37,121 nt of DNA, from the NCBI GenBank assembly GCA_032718475.1, contig JAUCBJ010006684.1, positions 1 through 37,121 of the forward strand, written 5' to 3'. The notes under the pieces are model-generated. The model was given only the letters and a program-made list of their open reading frames with translations. It did not search any database and was not told where the DNA came from. Below, in pieces: positions 11,397 to 24,060 of the stretch. The stretch is from Nemertoderma westbladi. Taxonomy: Eukaryota; Animalia; Xenacoelomorpha. Each line of letters begins with the position of its first letter. Within the stretch, counting starts at the first letter, position 1. Made by a program: the position numbers and the translations under genes.

Positions 11397-11649
11397 ACCG
11401 TTGGGAGAAATAAAAAAAAATGAAATAGGAGTGTAATCTGTTATTACATTTACTCAATTAAAACGTTGTTACTTCGCCATTCAAACTTTATTTGAAACTC
11501 TTTATTAATAAATAAAGAACGGCTTCAATAAATTCTGAAGATTTCAACCTCCGTTCAATGCGAATTATTTAACAATAACAAAGGCACACAGAGCACATCA
11601 TATTATTTAAGTGCGACATTCGCAGTAAAACATAATTAGTACCCGATGT

Positions 11650-11693
11650 TTATTATATTATATTATATTATATTATATTATATTATATTATAT
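11650..11693. repeat. (TTATA)n microsatellite
   Basis: About 8 perfect pentamers. Confidence 0.9.
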
Positions 11694-13159
11694 ACAAAAT
11701 AAATTCAGTTAGAACTTAAATAATATCTGAGTTATTTACCTCATGGAAAATATAAACTGAGTATAAAATATCTATTATACCCAGCTCGCTATACATACTG
11801 TATAAAACATGTCTCACTAAAAATATTATAAAAATATTACATTATGACTAATAATAATAATATTAATGCACAATAATGGATAAAGATTAAGGACTGAATA
11901 CATTTGAACAGACGAACAATAACGCAATTCGAAACTCAAACACAAATAAACTCGGTAGTTTTGGAATTAGATTTATATACCTAATATTTTATTTACGAGA
12001 ATAAATTGTTTTAAAATTGTTTTAGTAATAATTGTATTTATTTAACTGGTACCTGAAACCTAAGGTTAATAAGTGCTGCTTAACCTGGACTACAGAGCCA
12101 ACAAACATAACGAAAACATTACCAAGGCGTCCGCGGTCCGTAGACTGTATCTTACGTATCGTTGGTCCCAGTATTTATCGAAACTTTACGAAAATTGTCT
12201 ACTAAATCGAAATATACCTGTGGATGTGGAAATAACGCCAAGTTACAGGATATAGAAAACAAAATAAAACCACCACGCTATATTATTATACACAATTATC
12301 TATAATTGTGCTTCAGCTGTTATTTACAAGTAATTGAGAGAAAGTAGAATTTACACATTGGAAGTAAAACTATATTATGTCATTCGTTAAAAAAGATGTT
12401 TGTCGTTATGCAAAACTCAATACACGCTGAATTGGTGCGAAATGAAACTAGAACAAGCGGGTCTTAAGATAATTTTTATGGAATCAATTAATTATTTTTA
12501 CTGAATAACCAATGGAAATTCTAAATTTACATTTACAGTTCATTTAATGGTTTTTGTCAAATATTTACAAATTTAAAATCACATTCGAATGCTGAGTTAT
12601 TCATGTCATGACATTGTTACGAATTTATTCTAAGACGTACCCATTCCGCGACAATGGAAAACAAACAAAAGCTCTTTAGTAATATTAATATTAACTATTA
12701 TAATCAAACACAGAACTTTTAAAATCTAAATATCCTTCCCGCAACTACCAGCTGCGTAGTGGTGTATTAACGTTTCAGCGCTGTTCAACAAAACTAGCCA
12801 TAATGGTTTGCAGTTTTCACTTTAATAATAGTTAACCGTAATTAAGTATTGTTGATATATTGATAGTCTCCTCGGTAAGTAGAAGCACTAGTAACTCAAT
12901 ATCTGCGGTATCTAGTACTCGAGTCCAACTATCTATAACAACAATGTCCAACTTTAGCTAATAACTTAGTGACATTTATAGCTGTGGATTTGGAAGATCG
13001 CAGAAATCAATTATAAAATTTATAACGTCAGAATTCGGAAAATGGCATGACAAGCAAACATAGTTCTGTTAGTGCAACAGACCCCCACTAGAGGGTTAAA
13101 AGTCTGCCATTACTTTGATTTAAGTTGAAACTAGAGCCTTGTGACCTACTAGGGCACAC

Positions 13160-13781
13160 ATGGGAGCTGTGTACTCCGGGGGAATGGGAGCCTGTGTACT
13201 CCGGGGGAATGGGAGCCTGTGTACTCCGGGGGAATGGGAGCCTGTGTACTCCGGGGGAATGGGAGCCTGTGTACTCCGGGGGAATGGGAGCCTGTGTACC
13301 CCGGGGGAATGGGAGCATGTGTACTCCGGGGGAATGGGAGCCTGTGTACTCCGGGGGAATAGGAGCCTGTGTACCCCGGGGGAATGGGAGCATGTGTACT
13401 CCGGGGGAATAGGAGCCTGTGTACCCCGGGGGAATGGGAGCCTGTGTACTCCGGGGGAATGGGAGCCTGTGTACTCCGGGGAATGGGAGCCTGTGTACTC
13501 CGGGGGAATGGGAGCCTGTGTACCCCGGGGGAATGGGAGCCTGTGTACTCCGGGGGAATGGGAGCCTGTGTACTCCGGGGGAATGGGAGCCTGTGTACTC
13601 CGGGGGAATGGGAGCCTGTGTACTCCGGGGGAATGGGAGCCTGTGTACTCCGGGGGAATGGGAGTCTGTGTACTCCGGGGGAATGGGAGCCTGTGTACTC
13701 CGGGGGAATGGGAGCCTGTGTACTCCGGGGGAATGGGAGCCTGTGTATTCCGGGGGAATGGGAGCCTGTGTATTCCGGGGG
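13160..13781. repeat. 25-bp G-rich minisatellite, about 25 copies (CTGTGTACTCCGGGGGAATGGGAGC)
   Basis: Direct 25-bp period. It explains the overlapping repetitive ORFs on both strands. Confidence 0.98.
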
Positions 13782-14004
13782 AGGTTGGTCAATCTGCAGT
13801 TATCTAGTCGGATACAAGAGGGTTACATTTAAGAGTGTTTACTTTCACTGTTAAGGTATTTCGCCCTCTAGCGTCAGTCTCCAGAACTGCCGAGTGATCT
13901 GCGTCAGTATGATTGTAATTGGTTTGATAGAAGGGAGGCCATAATTATGTTAATTAGCGGAAATACGAGATGTCGGGTTGCATTTCCAGGTCTACTTTTT
14001 ATCG

Positions 14005-14077
14005 GAGTCTCTAGCGGAATCGCTAGAGCGTCAGACTTCCAACCTGCAGGTCACCAGTTCGATCCCACCTGGACGCA
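14005..14077 (+). pseudogene. Degenerate tRNA-like sequence (tRNA pseudogene or SINE head; CTTCCAA loop is Gly-TCC-like)
   Basis: A-box-like TAGCGGAATCGC, anticodon-arm-like CAGACTTCCAACCTG, B box GTTCGATCC. Stems are imperfect. Confidence 0.55.
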
Positions 14078-14451
14078 ACAATGTGCTAACTTTGCTGTGA
14101 CCAACGAAAATTCGAATTATTTACGGCTTGAACGAATAAAAATCACACAAATGAGATGCCTCTAGCGGGGTCTGGCAGAAAGCTCACCTTCAGGACAACT
14201 CCATGTCACCAAGTTTTTAGCAGTCACACGTTCCAACTTAGAGACCCAATAACTCACAATGTGTAGAATAATGTGAATAATCATATCTAAATAAGTTCCC
14301 TCGGGTGGTAAACAATTCTACGACAAACATATATCTGTTTGCAACCAAGTCTAGGCGACAATAAATACTAAAATGGTGAAGTCAAGATAGGGAAGGGAAC
14401 TGTGGTGGGCTGGGAATGGCGACATATTGCTAGCTACTGAACGGGACGATA

Positions 14452-15487
14452 CTAGGACGACAGACTGCCCATTCTGTTGCGGACAGCGTCCTGTATAATC
14501 TCCAGACTCCCGTAGTCTAACTCCTGCACGAGACTCAGTACCGCACTCACTATGTTCCCGTCTCGCGTTCGGTACGAACTCGACTTCTTGGGACTGAACT
14601 TGGACAGTCGCATGGGTTTCATACCCATCTCGGAGCGAATCTCGTTGGTTTCCGTAAAGTCCCGTATTATCGCGCGACTCCTGGGGGATTCAGACGAAGA
14701 GTTATCGGCGTTCCCGTTGGTTAAATGGCTGTCGGCACCTAAAGAAACGGGAGGAAGGTATAATACTAACGATCGGAAGAGCTAATTATTAAATTATTGA
14801 AGTACCGGTAACAACTAATTATTAACCACCGGAAAACTTTGTTTGTTTGTTAACCCCGCCTTTAACTAGAACTAGGTAGGCCTAACTGGTACGAATGTAG
14901 TTGTAGTACCGTATGTCAACAAAACTGAGACGCTTGTATTTCGTAAAACAAAGAACATCAACTAATATAGGCCTATTCAGAAATAATCTCAGCATCTAGG
15001 CCTAACACTGTAACATCTAGCCCTATATAGGCATATCTGCCTATCATCACTAACCGCTCGCCCCGAGTTTTGGGTTCTTTTCCTTTGCCAACGCCAACTC
15101 GTCGTCTGTGACCTCGATATTATCGAGTTTCAGTAGTTTGGGCAGATACCTGAGCACTGTGGACCGATAGTTATCGTGCCGACAGCACGGGTTGTCGAAC
15201 AGCCAGAGGATCCGCAGCTTCGGGAGTTTAGCGATGTGGATGATATCCGAGAGGTCGGCAATGCAGTTCCTTCGGAGGTAGAGTTCCTGTAGGTTGACGC
15301 AGTTACTGAAGTGGGAGAGAGTCGCTATGTTATTGAGACTCAGACTGATGATTTCGAGACCCGGCATCGACTTGCAAATAGAAACGTCGTCCAATTCTTT
15401 GCCCCAGAAGTTGAGTCGACGGACTTTACCAATGTCCGTTCCCTCCATGGATCGGGACATGATGAGATGTTCTGTTAATACCACCAT
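14452..15487 (-). CDS. CFAP410: Cilia- and flagella-associated protein 410 (C21orf2), LRR protein; complement(join(14452..14738,15055..15487)), 239 aa
   Basis: N-terminal VRRLNFWG...LSLSLNNI...LQELYLRRN...LRILWLFDNPC LRR/LRRcap. GTTAGT donor at 15054 and TTTCTTTAG acceptor at 14739, phase 1. Exon 2 encodes the conserved C-terminal NIVSAVLSLVQELDYGSLEIIQDAV and ends in TAG at 14452-14454. Confidence 0.93.
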
Positions 15488-16151
15488 CTTAGATTCTATT
15501 CACTATTTTCTTCGGGTTCAAAATTTAATACACCAAAACTGTAATAGTCAATCAGCTGATAAGCAAAAAATAATGACGGTACCGCGGTACCGGTACTTCC
15601 AGACGGAAATGCTGTAGGCCTACTGCATTTGAAAGAAGCCGTTCCGTACAGGAATATTGATCCGTGAATTAACCAATCAGCTCACGGATCAAATTTCCGT
15701 CTTCATACAGGAATTTTTGATATTTCCAAAGACTCAAGACCCAATTACAGTATAAAGACTAAGATAAATATTATTTTATACTAGGATGGACTGAACACAG
15801 GCACATAAAACATACAGTAGATACTGTAATAAATAGTCTGACGATCAGAAACGTAAAGCAATGCTGTTTTATAGTGATTGAACTCTCCATCTTTTTCAGG
15901 TTTCACTGTAGGATATCACAGGGACAGGTTTATTGCAGCGGAAGCAAATACCTGCAATTTTTGAACGCCGATATCTCAGCTATTTCTCAATGAAACTAAT
16001 AGTTAATTACATATTTAGAATCGCTGCAACGACAGCTTCCCATTGCTATGAACAAATCACTATAAGGACGAAGAATAACTGCGGTGCGGTGCGACTGGTG
16101 CAATATCGACAAAATTATTTATTAAACTATTTATTTTAATACAGTAATTAT

Positions 16152-16411
16152 GAATGGAAGAATCTTTTAGGCTCGTTAAGCCAAGGAATGCCTGTTCACC
16201 ACCATGGCTGATCTTCCGCAGTAAACCCTTCCACTGTGTTTCCCAAGTTGCATGGGTTCCCTTTTATCGACCACTGAAGGATGAAAGCCGGGGTTGGGCT
16301 AGGCTGCAGCATTTAAAGCACTGTGCCCAAACAGTGCTGCCCCATCTAGGGATCGAACCCGGACTCCCTAATCGGAAGCCCAGGAATGTCACCACTAGAC
16401 CGAGCTGCTGC
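16152..16411 (-). mobile_element. tRNA-derived SINE with a conserved-type central domain
   Basis: Minus strand: A box TCGGTCTAGTGG, CTTCCGA loop, B box GGTTCGATCCC. Then GGCTTTCATCCTTCAGTGGTCGATAAAAGG, which resembles the central core (CCTTTCATCCTTCCGRGGTCGATAAAAT) of widespread invertebrate SINE superfamilies. Confidence 0.75.
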
Positions 16412-16497
16412 TTAAATATTATATGCTTATTATACAGTAATTATAATAATAATAAGCATGATAACAAATCTACAGTATAAAACTACATAAAGTGGCG

Positions 16498-16636
16498 TAC
16501 AGTATTTTACAATAAATAAAATACTTGATTTACCCTTTCGCGCCTCTATCTGACTTATTTAACTCTCTCGCTGCGCTCGGTCGCTTAATAACAGATCTCG
16601 GGATGAACGGTAAATAAAGCATATTATATACCGTAC
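16498..16636. mobile_element. Small degenerate hairpin element (MITE-like)
   Basis: Imperfect arms (TACAGTAT...ATTTACC...ATCTG vs CAGAT...GGTAAAT...ATACCGTA) around CTCGCTGCGCTCG. A similar core is present at about 25248. Confidence 0.45.
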
Positions 16637-17259
16637 AGTAGATAGTTATTATAATTTACGTTATAATGCGTTAGAATATTAACGTTCAAATGTTGATGCT
16701 AAAGACTCAGGTCACAGACTTAGTGGCTCGCCCCATATTATTAAACTACTTGGACAATTTCGGTTGGTCAAAGTAAGTATGGGATAATTTTAACAATAAT
16801 TCATAAAACCTGAAAATTTTTGAAAAACGTGGACAGAACTGCTATAATGTGCAAATCATTCTGATTGGTCAAGTCATTGCCTTGTTGCTGTTCTTTCTCA
16901 AGCCAGTCCAGTTCACCTTTTTCAAATTTGAAATTGGTAGACAAAAAAGCTGAAAAAGGTGGACATGCTGTGTGACCCAACTAGCCCGTGATTGGTCTGT
17001 CCATTGTCCATGTTTTCTGTTTCCACTGTCCAGTCAACCTTTTTCAAACACCCGACAACCACTGCCGACAACGACAAACATGTTCACTGTAACATGTTCT
17101 CATAACTATCGTTAATTGTTTTGGTTATTATAATAACATTTAACTGTAACCTGTTGTTTTCCCTCAAATGAAATTAACATTAATTAGCGCCACTAATGGT
17201 TGTCGGTTGTCGGCGTCGTAGCGTTTTACACCCGATATACATGTAGTTATAAAATTTAT

Positions 17260-18720
17260 TAGCAGCCCTCTCCACTTTATTCGGAAGGATAGAAGCTGTG
17301 CATCTGCTAGCGTATTAGAGAGCAGGGCGATGTCATCCGAAAAGTCGGTGTCTGTGACTGTAGTTGCCGGATATCTACTACTTCTGCGTTCTTGAAGTGT
17401 GAATCCCAGATCTTCACCCTTTGTGCTCCGTCCTCATTGCGTAATACAGCACAATTACAAATAGTAATGATGCTAATGTGTCACCTTGTAGTACGCCAGC
17501 CAGGATTAAGAAGAACTCAGCTTCACCATCTGGTGAGAGTACCTGAGCTTCTGTGTCACAATATAATAATCCAATGCCAGCCATAATTACCTCTGGTATT
17601 CCATAAGCTCTTAGGATTTCCCGCATTTTACCTCTATGGATTGAGTCGAATGCTTTCTTGAAGTCCACAAATGTCAGGACAGCGGGGAGATTCTTTGACT
17701 TAATTCCCTCAATCAGTCTCCGTAGCGCAAGTATCTGAGCTATTATTGTTGATCTACTGTATTTGGTCGAAATCCGTTTTGGCCTATTTTGGCAGCTACC
17801 ACAAGCAGACAGATCCCACGATAACTTGTTGGTACACCGAGGTTGACCTTTAGTCCAAAGTGGTGGTGGCTTTTCCCATTTCAGCATCCGGTTGCAAACA
17901 TGCAATAATGGTCTGTTTAGCACTCCTGTTTTCCATACCTCTGCAGGGTTTCATCTAATCCACTCGCTTTATGATTGGACATGAGTCCCCCCCCCCCCCT
18001 CCCCCCTCAATTTCTGGTCTTAGCGTAGCCATCACCTCTTTCGGCACTAGCATGGCTATTAGATTGGAGATGACGGTGACAGCTATTTCCGTATTAAGAA
18101 TTACTGTCAACTTTTATTAAATTAATTTGTGCACTAATGGAGACCGGAAATGGATATTAATAAATAAACTGTAAAAAAAAACATCTTTTAATGCTTCTTT
18201 GGAGTTCGGGGGGTGTAAAGTCCCATGTACAGTTTGCCAGGTAAGTCTTGATTGTTGCTGTATGTGAGCAGTTGTAATTTCGTCAATCTTGTCCTGTATG
18301 TACTTCTGGCTGATGTTTATAGGCCAATTGAAGATCATCCTTAGCTTTCTCAACCTTGTTGATGTTTTCTGTTGTTGGTTGTTCGATTTTAACTTTGTAG
18401 GCTAACTTAAGATCTTCTCTCTTACAAGTATCCTCAGAGTCTTGCCATGGCACGTAATGTTTTCGTTTGGGTTTCTGGGGAATATGCCTCTTGGCTGATT
18501 CCTTGTGGGCTTTTATTATATTCTTGTATATTGAATCGGTAGACTGGTCTTCATCCATTGATTCCATGATTTCCATAAATGCGTCTTTGTTGTTCTTTTT
18601 CATCTGACGTTTCCAACGGAATGCAACCAGTTTGTCCCTGAAATTTAAGGCATATTCCTGACTTCCTGAGATTTCGAAATCACCTTTGGCGCCTGCAGTC
18701 CTGTTGCCAAATAGTATATG
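17260..18720 (-). pseudogene. Decayed non-LTR retrotransposon ORF2 fragment (RT)
   Basis: FVDFKKAFDSIHR and GVLQGDTLA in 17414..17923. DTDFSDDIALLS at about 17320-17355 in a shifted frame. Linker-region fragments at 18117-18603. Multiple frameshifts and stops. Confidence 0.88.
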
Positions 18721-18786
18721 TTTCGTCCCTGCTAAACCTATTTAACTGACGCCTATTAAATCAGATTGGTAACAAAGATGTCAGTA

Positions 18787-18900
18787 AAGGTGCGTTCACA
18801 TAACGTATGTGTATGTAAGGGTAGAAACGATGCAAATTTCTATTAGGCGTTAGCCACATTATATCTAGACGTACACATATACGTTATGTGAACGCACCTT
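18787..18900. mobile_element. 114-bp MITE-like palindrome
   Basis: 22-bp perfect inverted termini AAGGTGCGTTCACATAACGTAT / ATACGTTATGTGAACGCACCTT. Confidence 0.75.
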
Positions 18901-19943
18901 CAGATATGATAAGAAAAATGAATGTGTTTAAATTCTATGCACACAGCATAATAAAACGTTCTAGAACATGTAATTAATACAGTTACAAATAATTAATCAT
19001 TAATACGCCAACACACATTTTTGTTCAAAAATGTAATAGCAGGCGGAAGTGTTACCATATCAGTTTATTATTGTTTAACAAATGGCACAGGAAGAGGGAT
19101 TCACACAATCAGAAACTTCGGACTTCTCGGATAATAATGAATTGGTCGAGGTTAGGTTATAGGTAACGTTATTAATTATAAGTACCTGTACTGATTGATA
19201 TCAATTTCAATCATAAATAGAAACAAATACAAATTCGAAGCAATACATCAGAGTGACGACATTGATACAGAGCCATTTGAAGTGTCATTTGGTGCAGTGA
19301 TGCGAATGTTTCTTCTTGACAAACATTTGATATAAAGAGAGTGGAAAAATAAGAATAAGATACAGTGTCCATTTAACAAACGAGACGTTGTACAGTATCC
19401 GTGATGACGGAGAATTGTTCAAACCCAGCATCACTCTGTCGGTGTGATGTATGAGTCTGACCGGCCACTGCTATATTAGAAATGATCATCCTTTGCATAG
19501 TATTAATAGTCCTATAGGAGACGTTCTTGAAACGTCTCCTGAAATACACAAGTCTTGTTAACTTCGTTAGCTGCCATTAGAATTGCATATTAATTGTGCG
19601 GATTTACTTGGTTGATTGACATACAATGTAAATCCCTGAAGGTGTTGAGATACAGACGGGACCGGTAATACATCCTAACATCAATATCGTGGCAGATTTA
19701 TGCATTTATTTCAATGGTTTAGCGTATTAACTATATTATTTCAGTTTGTTTGCACAGCATTTTTATGAGTTAATTTGAACAATAATTGGTAGGTATAACA
19801 CTGACCTTTAAATAGTCCTAAGCTCTGTGTGAGACACCTCATGAATTTTGATAAATACTTCATCAAAAAATATTTGTAAGAGAGTGTCCAAAGGCTATAT
19901 CCAATCATTTTTCGTGATTATAGTTAACAATAATTATTTTTAG

Positions 19944-20246
19944 ATCCAAGAAAACCTCCTCACTCCCAACGACGAAGAATCAATAGAGGACAATATTGAA
20001 TTACAGAACCAGAATAGTGCAGAAAGAGAATACCGGTACTACAAAAACAAACTCAAACAGGCAATCAAAGAAAACATTAGATTACGGAAGGAATGTCGCT
20101 TACAACGGAGTAAGATGGATGATATCGAGGAGCAAATACTGGAAGTCGAAGGAAAACTAGCCAGCAATGAAACGGAAATCGATCAAGTAAATACCCAATA
20201 TAGAGAGCTTTACGATGAATTGTTTAAAACCAAAGAAGGACAATAA
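19944..20246 (+). CDS. Putative terminal coding exon (100 aa, coiled-coil-like) of an unidentified plus-strand gene or pseudogene
   Basis: TTATTTTTAG acceptor at 19943, then 100 stop-free codons (IQENLLTPNDEES...YKNKLKQAIKENIRLRKECRLQRSKMDDIEEQILEVEGKL...KEGQ*). AATAAA at about 20307. Confidence 0.5.
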   Translation: MQENLLTPNDEESIEDNIELQNQNSAEREYRYYKNKLKQAIKENIRLRKECRLQRSKMDDIEEQILEVEGKLASNETEIDQVNTQYRELYDELFKTKEGQ

Positions 20247-21447
20247 CGGACGTGAATTATGTAAGATTCCGAGAGTGATTGATTAGATTAATTTACATTA
20301 TTCGCTAATAAATTGTTTTATTTAAATTATCTAAATTTTATGACTGCTGCGTAAATTTTAATTTTACAAATGACGACATGTATAAAATTTTAAACTGTAT
20401 GTTTTTGTTCTCCACATGTTTAAAAGTTATAAAACTATATGTCTGGGGTTCTTGTTCTATAACCATCACAGGTTTATTAAACTTTATACGCAATCGTTTT
20501 GAGTATAAAATGTTATTAGGCTTAATTTAGTATTTTCATTTGATTCAAGTCATTTTAATTTGTAAGATTATTTGATTTGCAAACTGAGATGTTGATTTAA
20601 TGAGGCGGCCGGTAATGTCTAGTTATGGGGCGAGACAATATATGGGCCTCCAGGCAGAGCCTTTAGCGAATCCACACATTGCAATCAAAGTGATATTGGC
20701 AATTCGACAGATTTCGGATGTCTATCGTTGAATTCCGTCCTTTGATATCTGGAATTTTCCGCCAACAGGAAAAATTAAAATCAATGTTGTACAAATAGAT
20801 TGTATTTGACAAATAGATGAACCTCCAAAACTAATTCAAGAAATTATATATAATGAATAGCAAAATTGGGGTTATTTAAATCTGAGATAAATTTAATCAA
20901 TAAAAAATAATGAATTAAATATACAATTTACAACTATTATACAATCAATGTACTACAAATATTGTTACTTTTGAAGTGACTATCAAACATCGTTCCTATT
21001 TAATTAACATCAACATCATGTGTGCATTACTGGATATAAAAGACCTGTGGTATAAACTATAAACACAAAACGCAGTTGTTTACTATACGGAAAACGTTAT
21101 GGATACGAAACTAATTAGAACAATTAATGCAATAATCACATTATAGTACAGAATTTATTCTGCTTATTATGTAAGTACACTATGTACAGTGCATTATATT
21201 AGCGCTGTGGTTGTGGTTGGTTAGTCTGCTGATACGTGAGCACTGAGCACTGAGCAGGTATCTATATACCAAACCATGTTGTGATTGGATGATGATATAC
21301 TTAATATTATTATATTAAATGAAAGCCAATGACGTTCGTTAAATGAGAAATAGCGATAAAGCAGATAATAAATCAATCATGTAATATAATGTGCGTTGGG
21401 GGTTAAAAAAAATGTAAATATTATATAAATCGAAAATAATGTAGAAC

Positions 21448-21505
21448 TTTATATGGCGGGTAAGGATGCTTTATATGGCGGGTAAGGATGCTTTATAAGG
21501 CGGGT
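21448..21505. repeat. 22-bp tandem repeat, about 2.6 copies (TTTATATGGCGGGTAAGGATGC)
   Basis: Directly visible. Confidence 0.8.
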
Positions 21506-21790
21506 GAGAGAACGTCCAGTAGCGTCTACAGGACACCGCATAGGTTACCGGTTAACTCGGTATAGGTCGAGGGTTGGCCAATGGCCACTAATTACCGGCG
21601 CTCCTATGTGCGCTCCCGGCCTGGCCTATGTAGCGGTATGTAGAATTTATGTTAATGTTAATATATAATACAGTGCTATATTATATTCCCCATCATCCCC
21701 GCCCCATTTCATTATGAGTACCTAACTGACACAGTGAGTGTCGTGTATCAGTACATTACACTATTAGAACTAAGTTATACTAAACAACTA

Positions 21791-21825
21791 ACACACAAAC
21801 ACACACACACACACACAAACACACA
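21791..21825. repeat. (CA)n microsatellite
   Basis: Interrupted CA run. Confidence 0.8.
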
Positions 21826-22212
21826 AGAATATAAACTGCAGCAAAATGTAACGCTAAATTAATATCTAACACTAAGTAGATTCAATAAATAATTAAATTG
21901 GTTAGTTGAACCTGAACGAACAGTCTAAGATAATTAGACTAAAGTTAATCGCAATTATAAACTATAAGACTGATTACCTTTAATTTAGTAAACTATATCC
22001 TACGACAACTAAATAATATTATTATCATTCTATACAAAAGTGTATTGAATTAATATAATGTAAGTTAAATTAGTAAGTTAGCTGTACCGCGGTCGGTAGT
22101 TAATCAAATGGTTGAGGACTATGATACCATAGGAGATGTGGTCAACAATGACGACGTAGACTAATCAAACAGTTAGTTAGTAGAGTAAGGAAACCCGCTG
22201 ATTATCTACAAT

Positions 22213-24060
22213 CTACGACGCAATACGCCGGCAAATCTCCTCGGTGTACTGGGTGCACGAGGCCTTACCTCCGAGGTCCTTAGTCCGGTACTCGCCGTCC
22301 GCCAAGGTCCCGTAGGCCGCCGACTCTATGCGCTCGGCCACCTCCCGGTATCCCAGATGCCGCAGCATCATGGTCCCGCTCAGCAGCAACGCGGTCGGGT
22401 TCGCGAGGTCCTTACCCGCGATGTCGGGGGCGGTTCCGTGGACCGCCTCGAAGATGGCGACCCCGTCGGCGCCGATGTTCGCGCTCGGCGTGATCCCCAG
22501 CCCGCCCACCAACCCCGCGCACAGGTCGCTCATTATGTCGCCGTACAGGTTGGGCATCACGAGTACGTCGAATAACCCGGGGTCCTGCACCATGTTGAGA
22601 CAAACTGTATCGAAGTACATCTCCTGGAACTTCACCTTTAGGATACGAAAGTTAATTATTAGATTTAAGCGATTTAATTAGTGCGAAACTCATTAATATT
22701 GAACGATTTATAATATAATCATCTCGAAAAATAAATAACCAGAACATAAAATAACAATATAAATCACCCGGAGATATATTAATTGGTGATGGTTTGTATA
22801 TCTCAAAGCGTTCTAATAGCTATTAGAACATATAGAAGGTTTTCGAACGTGATTTAGAACGCCTCTAGTCTCTCCCCGCAGAATAAAGTTCTAATTAATT
22901 TAGTAACAAAAAATGTTAAATTGATTGTTTTTAACAACTGTGGAAGATAACCAGCTATACCAGGTTACCATACCAGCGGCTGCACATATTATTATTTTTA
23001 AAACAATGTAATCGATCTTTCAAAAATTTCGTTAAACGTTAAATCCAAATAAAAGTTGTCAAACAATCTTTAAATAAATCTAATGGGGGGTTTCTCTGCC
23101 CCAGCCAGACCCCTAACAATTATAGAACTGGTGTATAACTCGAGATCTGGGAGCCTAGCATGAAAATTTCCTTATTGCATATCAGCATTATAGCTTGTTT
23201 CCATGACAACTAGTGTAAACAATTCCCAATGCAATAACTTAGGTACTGAAAGTGGAATACAAATTCTAGCTTACGAAAAAAAAAGATAAAGAAGACACAT
23301 AACATATTGTAATATAATGTGTAACATAAAAAAATTAAACTAAAAATAAGATAATTACATCTTAAAGGATTCTATTTACCTCGGGATTTTCTTCGGCGAC
23401 TTCCCGACAGCAGCGTAGAAACAGCCCGTCGGACATCTTCATAACATTAGCCTTATGCACCACGGTCACGGTCCGTCTGCCCTGAGTCTTGGCGAAATTA
23501 AACGCGAATTCCGCCACCCTCCTCGACGCCTTCTCCGTAATCAGTTTGATACTCTGAACGACGCCGTCCACAATAACATGTTCTATCCCGCTGTATTCGC
23601 CCTCGGTGTTTTCACGTATGGTAACTAAATCAACGTCTTTGTACGGCGTCTCGTAACCTACAACCGACTTACAGGGTCGCACGTTCGCGTACAAACTAAA
23701 TGTTTTACGCAGCGCGAGGTTGAGACTCTGGTGTCCTTTACCAATGGGCGTCCCTAGGGGACCTTTTAGGCCTATTTTCGACTTGGCCATTGAGTCCATG
23801 GCGGCCTGCGGGATGACCATCCGACCGTCCGGGCCTCTCACCGGGGTCACGTCGACCGGGTCCCACGTTACCGGGGCTCCGGCCGCCGCGAAGATCGTCT
23901 GGACCGCGGTGCTGATCTCCGGCCCGATCCCGTCGCCCGGGATTAGCGTTACCGGTTGCGACGTACCGGTAGCGTAGGGGCGGCGGTTGCGGAAGGCCGC
24001 GCGATGGGGTGAGAAGGATGGACGGAACGGAGATGTACTGAAACCTATACGACCCGCCAT
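22213..24060 (-). CDS. IDH3A: NAD-dependent isocitrate dehydrogenase subunit alpha, mitochondrial; complement(join(22213..22635,23380..24060)), 367 aa
   Basis: [79 protein letters not shown]-rich, acid-free N-terminal presequence. GAG|GTAAAT donor at 23379 and AAG|GTG acceptor at 22636, phase 0. Confidence 0.96.

Noticed and set aside
13088-13854. Repetitive ORFs on both strands
   Set aside because: By-products of a nearly stop-free 25-bp minisatellite.
15050-15054. CFAP410 ending at the 15050 stop (145 aa)
   Set aside because: The stop lies inside a GTTAGT donor, and the conserved C-terminus is in exon 2.
23197-23210. RFX X-box-like GTTTCCATGACAAC
   Set aside because: It lies in the IDH3A intron, about 7.7 kb from the ciliary gene start; a single match is not enough.
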